Translations under genes and position numbers: made by a program
Assembly (NCBI GenBank): GCA_003162335.1
Contig: PMMG01000057.1
Span: 991-47,237, forward strand
Direction: 5' to 3'
Source of the DNA: Dehalococcoidia bacterium
Lineage (GTDB): Bacteria > Chloroflexota > Dehalococcoidia > Dehalococcoidales > Fen-1064
DNA: 46,247 bases
Part shown: positions 1-8,586 of the stretch, in pieces
Layout: every line of letters starts with the position of its first letter
How positions within the stretch are numbered: position 1 is the stretch's first letter
Notes under the pieces: generated by a model
Database searches by the model: none
The model's input: the letters and a program-made list of their open reading frames with translations, nothing else
Told to the model about the DNA's origin: nothing

Positions 1-1554
1 GATAAACTGCCGGAACGGCTGATAGGACATGCCTAATGAACCCGATGAACGGAATGCCAGCGCGTCCTGCTTGTGACCGGTGCGAACGAAGTTAGTCCAG
101 GAGACGGGGTCCATCTGGCGGATTTCCATGTTAACGCCAACCGCGGCAAAGTAAGACTTTACGATCTGCAGCAAGTTCAGGTCGCCGGAACTGTCTGCCA
201 CACAGTCAGTATTAAAGCCGTTCGGATAACCGGCATCGGAGAGAAGTTTCTTGGCTGCCGCAGGATCATAGGAATACTGATTTTTCAGGTCTTGCGGCCA
301 TGTAGAATACGGGAAGCCCCAACCCTTTAACGTATAAGCGGTAAGGGTTTGAGGATCGGATGAACAAGTGCCGCCGTAATAGGTCGCGGCAATTGTTGTT
401 AGATCGACGGCTTTTTGTAATGCCTCTCTGACACGGATGTCAGTAAAAGGTTTCACATCTACCCTGGGGTCAACGGTGCCTCCCTGCGTGCCCGGCATGG
501 TAAGTTCGACGATTTGTGGATTGGTTTTTTGCATAGATTGGGAATCCTGCAGAGAAATTCCTTCCATTACATCGATCTTACCGGTGCGGATAGCGGCTAG
601 GGCCGTGGCCGAATCCGGAATAACCAGGACAATCAGTTTGTCGATGTAAGGAAGCTGGTTTTGCGGATAGCGCTCATCAAATCCCCAGTAATTCGGGTTC
701 TTGACAAGGGTCACCGAGCTGGAAGGAACGTAATCTTGCATCACAAACGGGCCGGTCCCGATGGCATGATGCCAGTCGTTAAGGTCGCCAAACTGCGCAA
801 CTGCGTCAGAGGCGGCAAATGGATCCTCACCGACGGCTTCCATGGATTCCAAAATAAATTCAACGTTGGGAGTGTTAAATTTAAAAACAACTGTGTATTT
901 ATCCGGGGCACTGACATCGGTAATGCTAGTTGTAAGTGGATTTGATGCTAAGAACGGGCTGGGTTTGGTAAAACCGGCTCCATGGCCGAAATCCCGGCCA
1001 AAATTGTAAACTACATCAGCGGAGGTGAACTCCCGTCCATTTACCGGCGCTATATTCTGCCAATGGACGCCCTGCCGCAAGTGAACAACATATGTACCGG
1101 GTGAAGTAAACTCCCAGCTCGCGGCTAACAGTCCGGTGACATAATCGGTAGGACGGAAACCGATACTGAAATCAAATACCGACGGATCCAGCGTCCAGTT
1201 ATCGCCGTAAAGCCCTTCCATGTAGGCGCCGGTGATGGTTGCCAACGACGAGCTGTTCATCGGATCCCACAAGCCAAAGTCCGCGGGACTGTAATCGGTC
1301 AGGACTCCGCCGTATTGCGGTTTACCGAATTTATCCCACCATTTACCGGTGGACGCAGTGGAGGTTGATGTTGCAACCTGGGTGGTGGACGTTGTAGTGT
1401 TTACCTTTTGGGTAGTGGTCGTGGTGGTGATAGACGTTGTTTGCGTAGTGGTTGATGCCTGTGTTGGTGTTGTTGATGATGTGGTACAGGAAGCCAGAAC
1501 AAGTGATGTGACAATTAGACAGGTTAAGACAATCCAGTAAGCTCCTCTTTTCAT
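1..1554 (-). CDS. ABC transporter substrate-binding lipoprotein, family 5 (peptide/nickel/opine type); 3' end runs off the window
   Basis: Absent from the supplied ORF track because it has no in-window stop. My own minus-strand translation from ATG 1554-1552 (RBS AAGGGGG upstream) stays open for all 518 codons to position 1. It reads MKRGAYWIVLTCLIVTSLVLASC (signal peptide plus lipobox), then a Thr/Ser-rich linker. Later segments are ...VHLRQGVHWQNIAPVNGREFTSADVVYNF...NPNYWGFDERYPQ...IRTGKIDV..., typical of SBP_bac_5 proteins. Confidence 0.85.
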   Translation of the reverse strand, partial: MKRGAYWIVLTCLIVTSLVLASCTTSSTTPTQASTTTQTTSITTTTTTQKVNTTTSTTQVATSTSTASTGKWWDKFGKPQYGGVLTDYSPADFGLWDPMNSSSLATITGAYMEGLYGDNWTLDPSVFDFSIGFRPTDYVTGLLAASWEFTSPGTYVVHLRQGVHWQNIAPVNGREFTSADVVYNFGRDFGHGAGFTKPSPFLASNPLTTSITDVSAPDKYTVVFKFNTPNVEFILESMEAVGEDPFAASDAVAQFGDLNDWHHAIGTGPFVMQDYVPSSSVTLVKNPNYWGFDERYPQNQLPYIDKLIVLVIPDSATALAAIRTGKIDVMEGISLQDSQSMQKTNPQIVELTMPGTQGGTVDPRVDVKPFTDIRVREALQKAVDLTTIAATYYGGTCSSDPQTLTAYTLKGWGFPYSTWPQDLKNQYSYDPAAAKKLLSDAGYPNGFNTDCVADSSGDLNLLQIVKSYFAAVGVNMEIRQMDPVSWTNFVRTGHKQDALAFRSSGSLGMSYQPFRQFI

Positions 1555-1939
1555 TAAAACCCCCTTTTTATTGATGAATTAAAGGTTCACCGTATCTTTA
1601 ATATATTTCATTCCCCGGATATTTGCAGAAATACGAGCAAATACGCATATATATTGGCAATAATAACGATTTTAAAAGAGTCACTTTTTCTCTTTCTATG
1701 TATTCGTGATAGTATCTGTTATAATATTCGATATCGAAAAAGCAAATTAGTTGCCACTATACCACCAATTTTGACTTTTGTCAAAAGAATAGGGTTTATA
1801 AATTTTCACTTTTTTAGTTCAGATCTTTCCACTGGCCTACTCTTTGGGCATTAATGGAAATGGTCACTCAGTCTGGAAATGAAAACCGGATTTAATTGAC
1901 CTCAGTTGCGATTAAGATAATACGGGGACGCGCGATTTT

Positions 1940-3355
1940 ATGAAAATAAAAATGGATTACAAATGGGTAGCATTATCAGTCACGACCGTCGGCATATTTA
2001 TGTCGAGTCTGGATATGAGTATTGTGGTGGTAGGTCTCCCCACGATATTACAGGATCTGCATGCGAGTATTGTGCATGGTATTTGGATTATCACCGGATA
2101 TACTTTGATGATGACGATACTGGCAGTAATACTCGGCCGCCTGGCTGATTTATACGGCAGAGTGAGACTTTATAATCTGGGATTTGTGCTGTTCACCATT
2201 GGTTCCTTGCTGTGCGCTTTGTCGCATACCGGCGAGCAACTGATAATCTTTCGTTTTTTGCAGGGTTCAGGCGCCGCTTTGCTGGCTGTAAACAGTGTTG
2301 CTATTATTACCGATGCTTTTCCTAAAAAAGAGCTCGGCAGGGGACTGGGAATAAATATCATGGCCGCGAACCTGGGAGCAATCGCGGGATATACGCTCAG
2401 CGGCGTGATGATAACATATTTCGGGTGGAGGTCTATCTTCCTGCTTAATGTTCCAGTCGGCATTTTTGGTTCCGTATGGGGTTATTTACGGTTAAAAGAA
2501 ATTGCCGCCAGACCCGTCGGCCAAAAATTCGATTATGCGGGTTCGATTTTATATTGCATTGCTTTAGCCACTATTTTATTCGGCCTGGCAATCGGAGATC
2601 CGGCTTCAACGCGCAACATCTTTATCATTGCAGGCGGGTTAATACTATTTGTCGCCGTAATAATTGTGGAACTGCGACAACCATATCCGACACTTGACTT
2701 GACACTGTTTAAGATAAGGCTGTTTGCTGCGGGAAATATATCCAGTTTCATCAACGCGGTTGCATTCAGTTGCGGCCCTTTTTTAAGATCACTTTACCTT
2801 CAACTGATACTCGGTTACAGTGCTTTAAAAACAGGTGTTTTACTGATACCGATGGAAATAATAATCTTCGCAATCAGTCCCATCAGCGGGCGATTAGCGG
2901 ATAGATACGGCAGCCGGGTATTGACTTCGGTGGGTTTAGCTTTTAATGCTGCCGCACTTTTCTGGTTTTCGACGCTGAACCAGAGTTCCACTTATGGGGC
3001 TGTATTAATCAGTTTATTCTTATTCGGATTAGGAACTGCCTTGTTTGCTTCGCCTAACGTCAGCTCGGTAATGGGTGCTGTTCCGCCGGAAAAGCGCGGC
3101 GTCGCCAACGGCATCAGGATGACACTCAACCAAACTGCAAACGTACTGAGTGTGCCATTTTCTTTACTGCTGATGACACTGGTAATGCCGTACGATAAAC
3201 TTTCCCAAATCGCGAGCAGCTCGCAACTCACTAACGCCAATGAAATTCCGATCTTCCTGAAAGCTATAAACCATGCCTGTTTTATCCTTGGGATAATCGT
3301 TTTAGTCGCGGTTATTCCATCATTTTTGCGGGGAAATAATAAAGTCCAGCAGTAA
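1940..3355 (+). CDS. MFS transporter, DHA2 (EmrB/QacA-like, about 14 TMS) family
   Basis: 471 aa and strongly hydrophobic throughout. The N-terminal LDMSIVVVGLPTI and GRLADLYGR motifs are typical of MFS drug:H+ antiporters. Start could be 1940 or 1952. Confidence 0.85.
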   Translation: MKIKMDYKWVALSVTTVGIFMSSLDMSIVVVGLPTILQDLHASIVHGIWIITGYTLMMTILAVILGRLADLYGRVRLYNLGFVLFTIGSLLCALSHTGEQLIIFRFLQGSGAALLAVNSVAIITDAFPKKELGRGLGINIMAANLGAIAGYTLSGVMITYFGWRSIFLLNVPVGIFGSVWGYLRLKEIAARPVGQKFDYAGSILYCIALATILFGLAIGDPASTRNIFIIAGGLILFVAVIIVELRQPYPTLDLTLFKIRLFAAGNISSFINAVAFSCGPFLRSLYLQLILGYSALKTGVLLIPMEIIIFAISPISGRLADRYGSRVLTSVGLAFNAAALFWFSTLNQSSTYGAVLISLFLFGLGTALFASPNVSSVMGAVPPEKRGVANGIRMTLNQTANVLSVPFSLLLMTLVMPYDKLSQIASSSQLTNANEIPIFLKAINHACFILGIIVLVAVIPSFLRGNNKVQQ

Positions 3356-3546
3356 CAAAATGACCGTTGAACAAAGCCGGCGGGTATTTTGTTGCGTTGG
3401 TGGCTGTTTGAAAATACTTGATATTGGTGATATACTCCAGGTAATATTCGATAACGAATATTACGGCAGTTGAAGCAAAAAGAGTATAATTTAATTGTAG
3501 AGCTAAATATTGTCGGCGAGCAAAAATACGGAGAAGGGGGACGGAT

Positions 3547-6018
3547 ATGACAATTGTGCTAGGTAACAAGAAAGTCCAGGATATTGGCAGTTGGCAAGAG
3601 TCTTTCGTTCCAACCTATTCTGAACGCGTTAAAAAAGCGATGAAAAGGGTAACGCATGCGCCGGAAATTTGTTTAGAGCACGCGCGGGCCGAAATCAAAG
3701 CGTATGAGCAGTATAAAGACGAACCCAGAATTATCCAGAGAGCGCGTTTTCTGGAGACTTATCTGCGGGAAAAGACCATCTATATCCTCGAGGATGAACT
3801 CATTGTCGGTAATGTTAACAGCAAAGTGCGGGGGCAAACCATTTCCGGCACCTCCGGCAGATATTTTGCCTACCAGCTCCAGGAGGCATATGATGACCCG
3901 GCGAATTCTGATAAGGTTCGCTTCAACGGCATCAGCATGGAAGGCATAGTCAGCCCCTCGGAGAAAAAAGAGCTGGAGGAAGTAATTCTCCCGCATTTTA
4001 AGGGAAAGTCTCTATTCGATTACAATTTCGCGCAATTGGACGACGTACTGAGGCAAAAGACATGCCAGGTAACGTCGCCCTGCCAGCATATCCCAAACGT
4101 GAACCGCATGTCGATGCTGAGAGACTCCGGCCACCAGATGGCGAACCACGAAAAGGTAATGAAAATCGGGCTTAAAGGTATCAAAGCAGAAACTGAATGG
4201 TACCTGGCTCAGCTCGACCAGCCGTATGCTCATTATCAGTTAAAAGAGAAGAAAGATTTTTATAAAGCAGTCCTGATTACGCTTGACGCCGTCATGGCTT
4301 ATTCTCAGCGTTACGCCGACCTTGCCCGGGAAATGGCAACCAAAGAAGATAACCCACGGCGTAAGAAGGAACTCGAGCGTATTGCCGATGTTTGTCAACA
4401 GGTGCCGGCAAATCCCGCCCGTGACTGGTGGGAAGCGGTGCAATCCACATGGATGATACATGTCATCGGCGATTGTGAACTTCCCGGTGGCACGAACAAC
4501 TACGGACGCTTTGACCAGTACATGTACCCCTATTATAAAAAATCTATTGTCGACGAAAAGACAATGACGCATGACGAAGCGCTGGAACTGCTGGAATTAT
4601 TCGAGATAAAAACAGTGTGCGCCCGAGGGGCAAGCGTATCTCTGAATATCGGCGGACAGACCCGCGACGGAAAAGATGCCTGTAACGATGTTTCCATGCT
4701 CTGTCTGGAAGCGGACGAGCAACTTAATGTACTGCAGCCGGAGACAGCTTTCCGGATTTGGGCAGGCACTCCTGATAAATACCTGAAAAAAGCAGCGGAA
4801 GTGGTTAAACTGGGCCGAGGGAAACCGAAATTTACCGGCGACCGGAAAGCAATCAAAATGATGGCGAAAGCTTTCCCCGATTTAACTCTGGAAGACTGGC
4901 GGGAATACGCGTTGATGGGATGTTCCGCAGCAACTATGCCGCACATCAGTATGGCGAATATGTCTGAAGGCGAAAGTAATGTCGCCAAACTGGTGGAATT
5001 AACGCTGAATAACGGTAAATGCGCGATTTGCGGAGAGCAAATCGGTCCATTGACCGGCGACCCCAGGACTTTTGAATCGATCGAAGCAGTTAAAAAGGCT
5101 TTCCGTGAACAGGTTTTCTATTGGATGAATTTTTCGGTCAAGGGCACAAAAGTATTCAAAGAGAGTCAAGCCGCCCTGTTACCCGCGCCGTTCAGTTCCT
5201 CCCTCGCCGAAGGTCCACTACAGAAGGGAATCGATATTATTCAGGGCGGTTCCTGGTATACCATCTACTCGATGTATCTGGTCGGTTTGGCTGATTCCGC
5301 GGACTCTCTTGCCGTGATTGATAAATTGATCTACCGCGACCAGAAGATAACCTGGGACCAATTGCTGGAGGCCGTCAAGGCGAACTGGCAGGGTTATGAG
5401 CAGTTGCGGCAATTATGCATCAACGGCGTGCCTAAATACGGCAACGACGATGATTTCGCCGATGAATGGGCAGTGTGGGTAATGAATACCTGGCAGGATA
5501 GTCTAGACTGGATCAACACCCAGAGGGAACTGCTCCCGTCATGGGGCGGAAAGTGGGTTGGTAAGACAGCCATCGGAAATATGAATGTCGACCACGGGAA
5601 GTTAGTCGGCGGACTACCAAACGGACGCCCTAACCCTAAGCCTGTGGCAGACGCCGTATCACCGGCTCAGGGCATGGACAGAAACGGTCCGACTGCGGTA
5701 ATTAAGTCAGTGAGTAAACTGCCGAAACACCGGCTCGCCGGAGGCGGTCCGATAAATCTGAGAATCAGTCCCCAGCTGGTAGCAACCGATCGCGATATTG
5801 ATAACTTCGTGTCCTTTCTCAGGACAATTGAAGAACTGGGAATATACCATGTCCAGTTTAATATTGTTTCCAGTGACCTTCTGCGCAAGGCCATGAAAGA
5901 CCCGGATAACTACCGCGACCTGATGGTGCGTGTGGGCAGTTTTGTCTCTTATTTTGTCAGCCTGCGGAAAGAAGAACAGATGGATATTATCAGCCGCACT
6001 GAGCACCAGGGTTTTTAG
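3547..6018 (+). CDS. Glycyl radical enzyme homologue (PFL2 / glycerol-dehydratase-like family) with a non-canonical Gly loop
   Basis: 823 aa with RBS AAGGGGGA. The N-terminus (PEICLEHARAEIKAYEQYKDEPRIIQRARFLETYL...IYILEDELIVGN) is typical of the PFL2 domain. A Cys loop MGCSAATMP is present (Cys codon 4921-4923). The C-terminus YRDLMVRVGSFVSYFVSLRKEEQMDIISRT matches the glycyl-radical fingerprint except at the Gly itself (see findings). Confidence 0.85.
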   Translation: MTIVLGNKKVQDIGSWQESFVPTYSERVKKAMKRVTHAPEICLEHARAEIKAYEQYKDEPRIIQRARFLETYLREKTIYILEDELIVGNVNSKVRGQTISGTSGRYFAYQLQEAYDDPANSDKVRFNGISMEGIVSPSEKKELEEVILPHFKGKSLFDYNFAQLDDVLRQKTCQVTSPCQHIPNVNRMSMLRDSGHQMANHEKVMKIGLKGIKAETEWYLAQLDQPYAHYQLKEKKDFYKAVLITLDAVMAYSQRYADLAREMATKEDNPRRKKELERIADVCQQVPANPARDWWEAVQSTWMIHVIGDCELPGGTNNYGRFDQYMYPYYKKSIVDEKTMTHDEALELLELFEIKTVCARGASVSLNIGGQTRDGKDACNDVSMLCLEADEQLNVLQPETAFRIWAGTPDKYLKKAAEVVKLGRGKPKFTGDRKAIKMMAKAFPDLTLEDWREYALMGCSAATMPHISMANMSEGESNVAKLVELTLNNGKCAICGEQIGPLTGDPRTFESIEAVKKAFREQVFYWMNFSVKGTKVFKESQAALLPAPFSSSLAEGPLQKGIDIIQGGSWYTIYSMYLVGLADSADSLAVIDKLIYRDQKITWDQLLEAVKANWQGYEQLRQLCINGVPKYGNDDDFADEWAVWVMNTWQDSLDWINTQRELLPSWGGKWVGKTAIGNMNVDHGKLVGGLPNGRPNPKPVADAVSPAQGMDRNGPTAVIKSVSKLPKHRLAGGGPINLRISPQLVATDRDIDNFVSFLRTIEELGIYHVQFNIVSSDLLRKAMKDPDNYRDLMVRVGSFVSYFVSLRKEEQMDIISRTEHQGF

Positions 6019-6101
6019 ATAACAGGATAGTTCAGGAAAACGCCTGTGGATTTATTGCCGCGCATTGAATATTATCAGGTTAATGTGGCGCATACCGGAA
6101 T

Positions 6102-6404
6102 ATGGGGAAAGTAATTTTAAAAGTCCCTCCATTTTTTGCCTCAATACTGGATCCGAAATCTTCGGGCTGGTTCATTGTGGAAACAGAGATTGCGGGAAAA
6201 ATAACCATTCGTAATCTTCTGATAGAGATTGCGGCAAATAAACCTGAGTTTCGTCAAGCTATTTTTAATCCTGATGAAGGAATCCTGAACGGGCAAATCG
6301 ATATCATACTCAATCAAAAATTCCTTCCGTTTCCCCATGCATTGGATACCGACTTGATTGATGGAGATATTATTACTTTGCTTCCGGTTTTATCCGGCGG
6401 TTGA
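6102..6404 (+). CDS. MoaD/ThiS-family ubiquitin-like small protein with C-terminal Gly-Gly
   Basis: 100 aa ending ...DGDIITLLPVLSGG followed directly by TGA (GGC GGT TGA, 6396-6404). This is the hallmark of beta-grasp sulfur-carrier proteins. It lies 20 nt upstream of the AOR start. Confidence 0.75.
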   Translation: MGKVILKVPPFFASILDPKSSGWFIVETEIAGKITIRNLLIEIAANKPEFRQAIFNPDEGILNGQIDIILNQKFLPFPHALDTDLIDGDIITLLPVLSGG

Positions 6405-6424
6405 ACCGGAAAGGTTGGGGTATC

Positions 6425-8305
6425 ATGGATCAGATTTATGGGTACAGCGGAAAACTGTTAAGGATAGACCTCACCAATGAGAAGGTCATTAAAGAGAATC
6501 TGGATGCAGCGACGCTCAGGAAATGGGTGGGCGGCACCGGATTGGGCGCAAAATACCTCTTTGATGAAGTATCTAGAGGTGTAGATTGGAGCGATGCAGA
6601 GAACCGTTTAATTCTGGCTTCGGGACCTTTAGGCGGCACCGCGATTAACGGCTCAGGAACTGTCGGTATTGTGACCAAAGGAGCGCTGACAAATGGTGCG
6701 GCAGCCTGCCAGGCCAATGGGTTTTTCGGCGCTTTTCTCAGATTTAGCGGCATCGATTGCCTCATCCTGCAGGGTAAAGCTAAAAGGTGGGTTTATCTCT
6801 CTATCCACGGCGATGAAGTAGAATTTAAGGATGCCTCTGCTCTGTCCGGGAAGGATACCTGGGAAACCAACGATCTCATCCGAAAGGAACTCGGGGCAAC
6901 CGAACACGGAGTATCCGTCGCCAGTATCGGACCGGCCGGGGAAAACCTGGTACGGTTTGCCGGAATATTTTTCGATAAAGGCCACGTTGCTTCACACAAC
7001 GGCGTCGGGGCGGTGATGGGTTCGAAGCAACTTAAGGCTATCGTCATTGCGCGGGGTGAGAGACGCCCTGTCGTACAGGACAAGGAACGTCTTGCCGCTA
7101 TCGCCGAGCAACAATTCGAAATCTACAAGCCCGTCGTGGTATATTCATCCGGCACACTTAACGGCGTGATCAGCTCGGTCATGGCAAAGGACGGAACTGT
7201 GCCGGTGAAAAACTACTCCACTAATGTCTTTGATGTCACCCCCGAGCAGCTGGACAAATTCAGCGCTAATTACATCCGCAGCCATTTCGATCCTAAGCCC
7301 AGCCCCTGCTGGGCTTGCCGGACACATCATTTGCACATGATTACGATTAACGAGGGGCCATTCAAAGGCTGCGCCAGCGAGGAACCTGAGTACGAGTGTC
7401 TCGCTGCTTTTGGGCCGATTACCGGTATCACTGATGCCGCCGCGACGGTTGGTCTTTGTAATGAAGCTGACCGCCTCGGTCTGGACAGCAATGAAACCGG
7501 CTGGACGATCGGTCTGGCCATGGAGTGCTTCGAGAAAGGACTTTTGACCACCTCGGATACCGGCGGCCTCCAGCTCAATTGGGGAAATTACCTCGCAGTT
7601 AAAGAGTTGATGCATCAGATTACCGAGCGTAAAGGATTCGGAGCAATACTGGCAGAAGGCGCGATGAGGGCAGCGCAGAGCATCGGGAAAGGAGCCCCGG
7701 ATTTCGCGCTGCACACAATGAAAGGTAATACTCCCCGCGGTCATGACCACCGCAACAATTGGCCCAGGCTCCTTGATACTTGTATGTCGCAGATGAGCAG
7801 CGATGAAGGCTACGATGTGCTCAAACCGCAGGATATCGGACTTAGCTTAACCAAGCTCGCCAGACCGGATACCTCAATCGAGGACACGCTGAAATACAAC
7901 ATCGGCTGCAAGGGCGCTGCCCAGTTTGAGGATTCCCTTGGGGTTTGCCGTTTTACTACTATGACGAACATGAAATTGCTTTGCGAAGCTGTGAGCGCCG
8001 TCACCGGTTGGGACTTTACCCCAAATGAAGGCATGGAAGTTGGGAAGCGCACCGTTAATCTCCTGCGCTGCTTTAACATCCGGCACGGCCACACTGCTGA
8101 CATGGACGCCCCGTCACCCAGATATGGTTCTGCTCCGGTTGACGGACCTTCAAAGGGAATCAGCATAATGCCGCAATGGAACGAGATGAGAAGCAAGTAT
8201 TATGAGGGTATGGGCTGGGATAAAGAAAGCGGGAAACCGCTGCCGGATACATTGAAACGTTATGGTCTGGAATACGCTATTAATGAATTATGGGGGAGAG
8301 TGTAA
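6425..8305 (+). CDS. aor: Aldehyde:ferredoxin oxidoreductase family (tungstopterin enzyme)
   Basis: About 626 aa from ATG 6425 (MDQIYGYSGKLLRIDL, typical AOR N-terminus). The track's TTG at 6401 overlaps the MoaD-like stop. AOR motifs seen: EEPEYE, CWAC, DSLGVC, and LWGRV at the C-terminus. Confidence 0.9.
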   Translation: MDQIYGYSGKLLRIDLTNEKVIKENLDAATLRKWVGGTGLGAKYLFDEVSRGVDWSDAENRLILASGPLGGTAINGSGTVGIVTKGALTNGAAACQANGFFGAFLRFSGIDCLILQGKAKRWVYLSIHGDEVEFKDASALSGKDTWETNDLIRKELGATEHGVSVASIGPAGENLVRFAGIFFDKGHVASHNGVGAVMGSKQLKAIVIARGERRPVVQDKERLAAIAEQQFEIYKPVVVYSSGTLNGVISSVMAKDGTVPVKNYSTNVFDVTPEQLDKFSANYIRSHFDPKPSPCWACRTHHLHMITINEGPFKGCASEEPEYECLAAFGPITGITDAAATVGLCNEADRLGLDSNETGWTIGLAMECFEKGLLTTSDTGGLQLNWGNYLAVKELMHQITERKGFGAILAEGAMRAAQSIGKGAPDFALHTMKGNTPRGHDHRNNWPRLLDTCMSQMSSDEGYDVLKPQDIGLSLTKLARPDTSIEDTLKYNIGCKGAAQFEDSLGVCRFTTMTNMKLLCEAVSAVTGWDFTPNEGMEVGKRTVNLLRCFNIRHGHTADMDAPSPRYGSAPVDGPSKGISIMPQWNEMRSKYYEGMGWDKESGKPLPDTLKRYGLEYAINELWGRV

Positions 8306-8400
8306 ATCTCTGGCCTTATAATACCACTTAATAATAATGTGACCATTTTAGATTCTCTGAGGGGAAATAAGCATATAAAGCGGGAAAATTTGGCTGATTT

Positions 8401-8474
8401 TGGAGCGGGATACGGGACTATGGCCCGCGACAACATGCTTGCAAATTACAGGTATTGACTAACTCCTGATTCAC
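8401..8474 (-). pseudogene. Decayed tRNA-Gly copy (3' 17 nt identical to the intact tRNA at 11881-11955)
   Basis: On the + strand, tggagcgggatacggga (8401-8417) is identical to 11881-11897. Recognisable but mutated T-arm (ttcgaa to ctatgg) and anticodon-arm sequence follows. No 5' acceptor strand remains. Confidence 0.6.
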
Positions 8475-8586
8475 TTGTCGTCTTTAGGACACATATCATT
8501 TTTCATAAAAACCGCCTCTTTCTCTTTTGATCCAATTAGATCAACTAAGTGTCTTTCTTGGGTTTTTAATATTCTTGAAATGCCTT

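Noticed and set aside
1349-1540. A poly-Val ORF (also 44469-44693).
   Set aside because: These are antisense translations of the Thr-rich linker codons of real minus-strand lipoprotein genes.
1770-1800. The palindrome TTGAC-TTTT-GTCAA upstream of the MFS transporter, as a possible repressor operator.
   Set aside because: It is a single 5-bp inverted repeat in AT-rich DNA and no regulator gene is adjacent. The evidence is insufficient.
7145-7750. A 201-aa ORF on the - strand.
   Set aside because: It is antisense within the AOR gene and has no recognisable motifs. It is a shadow ORF.
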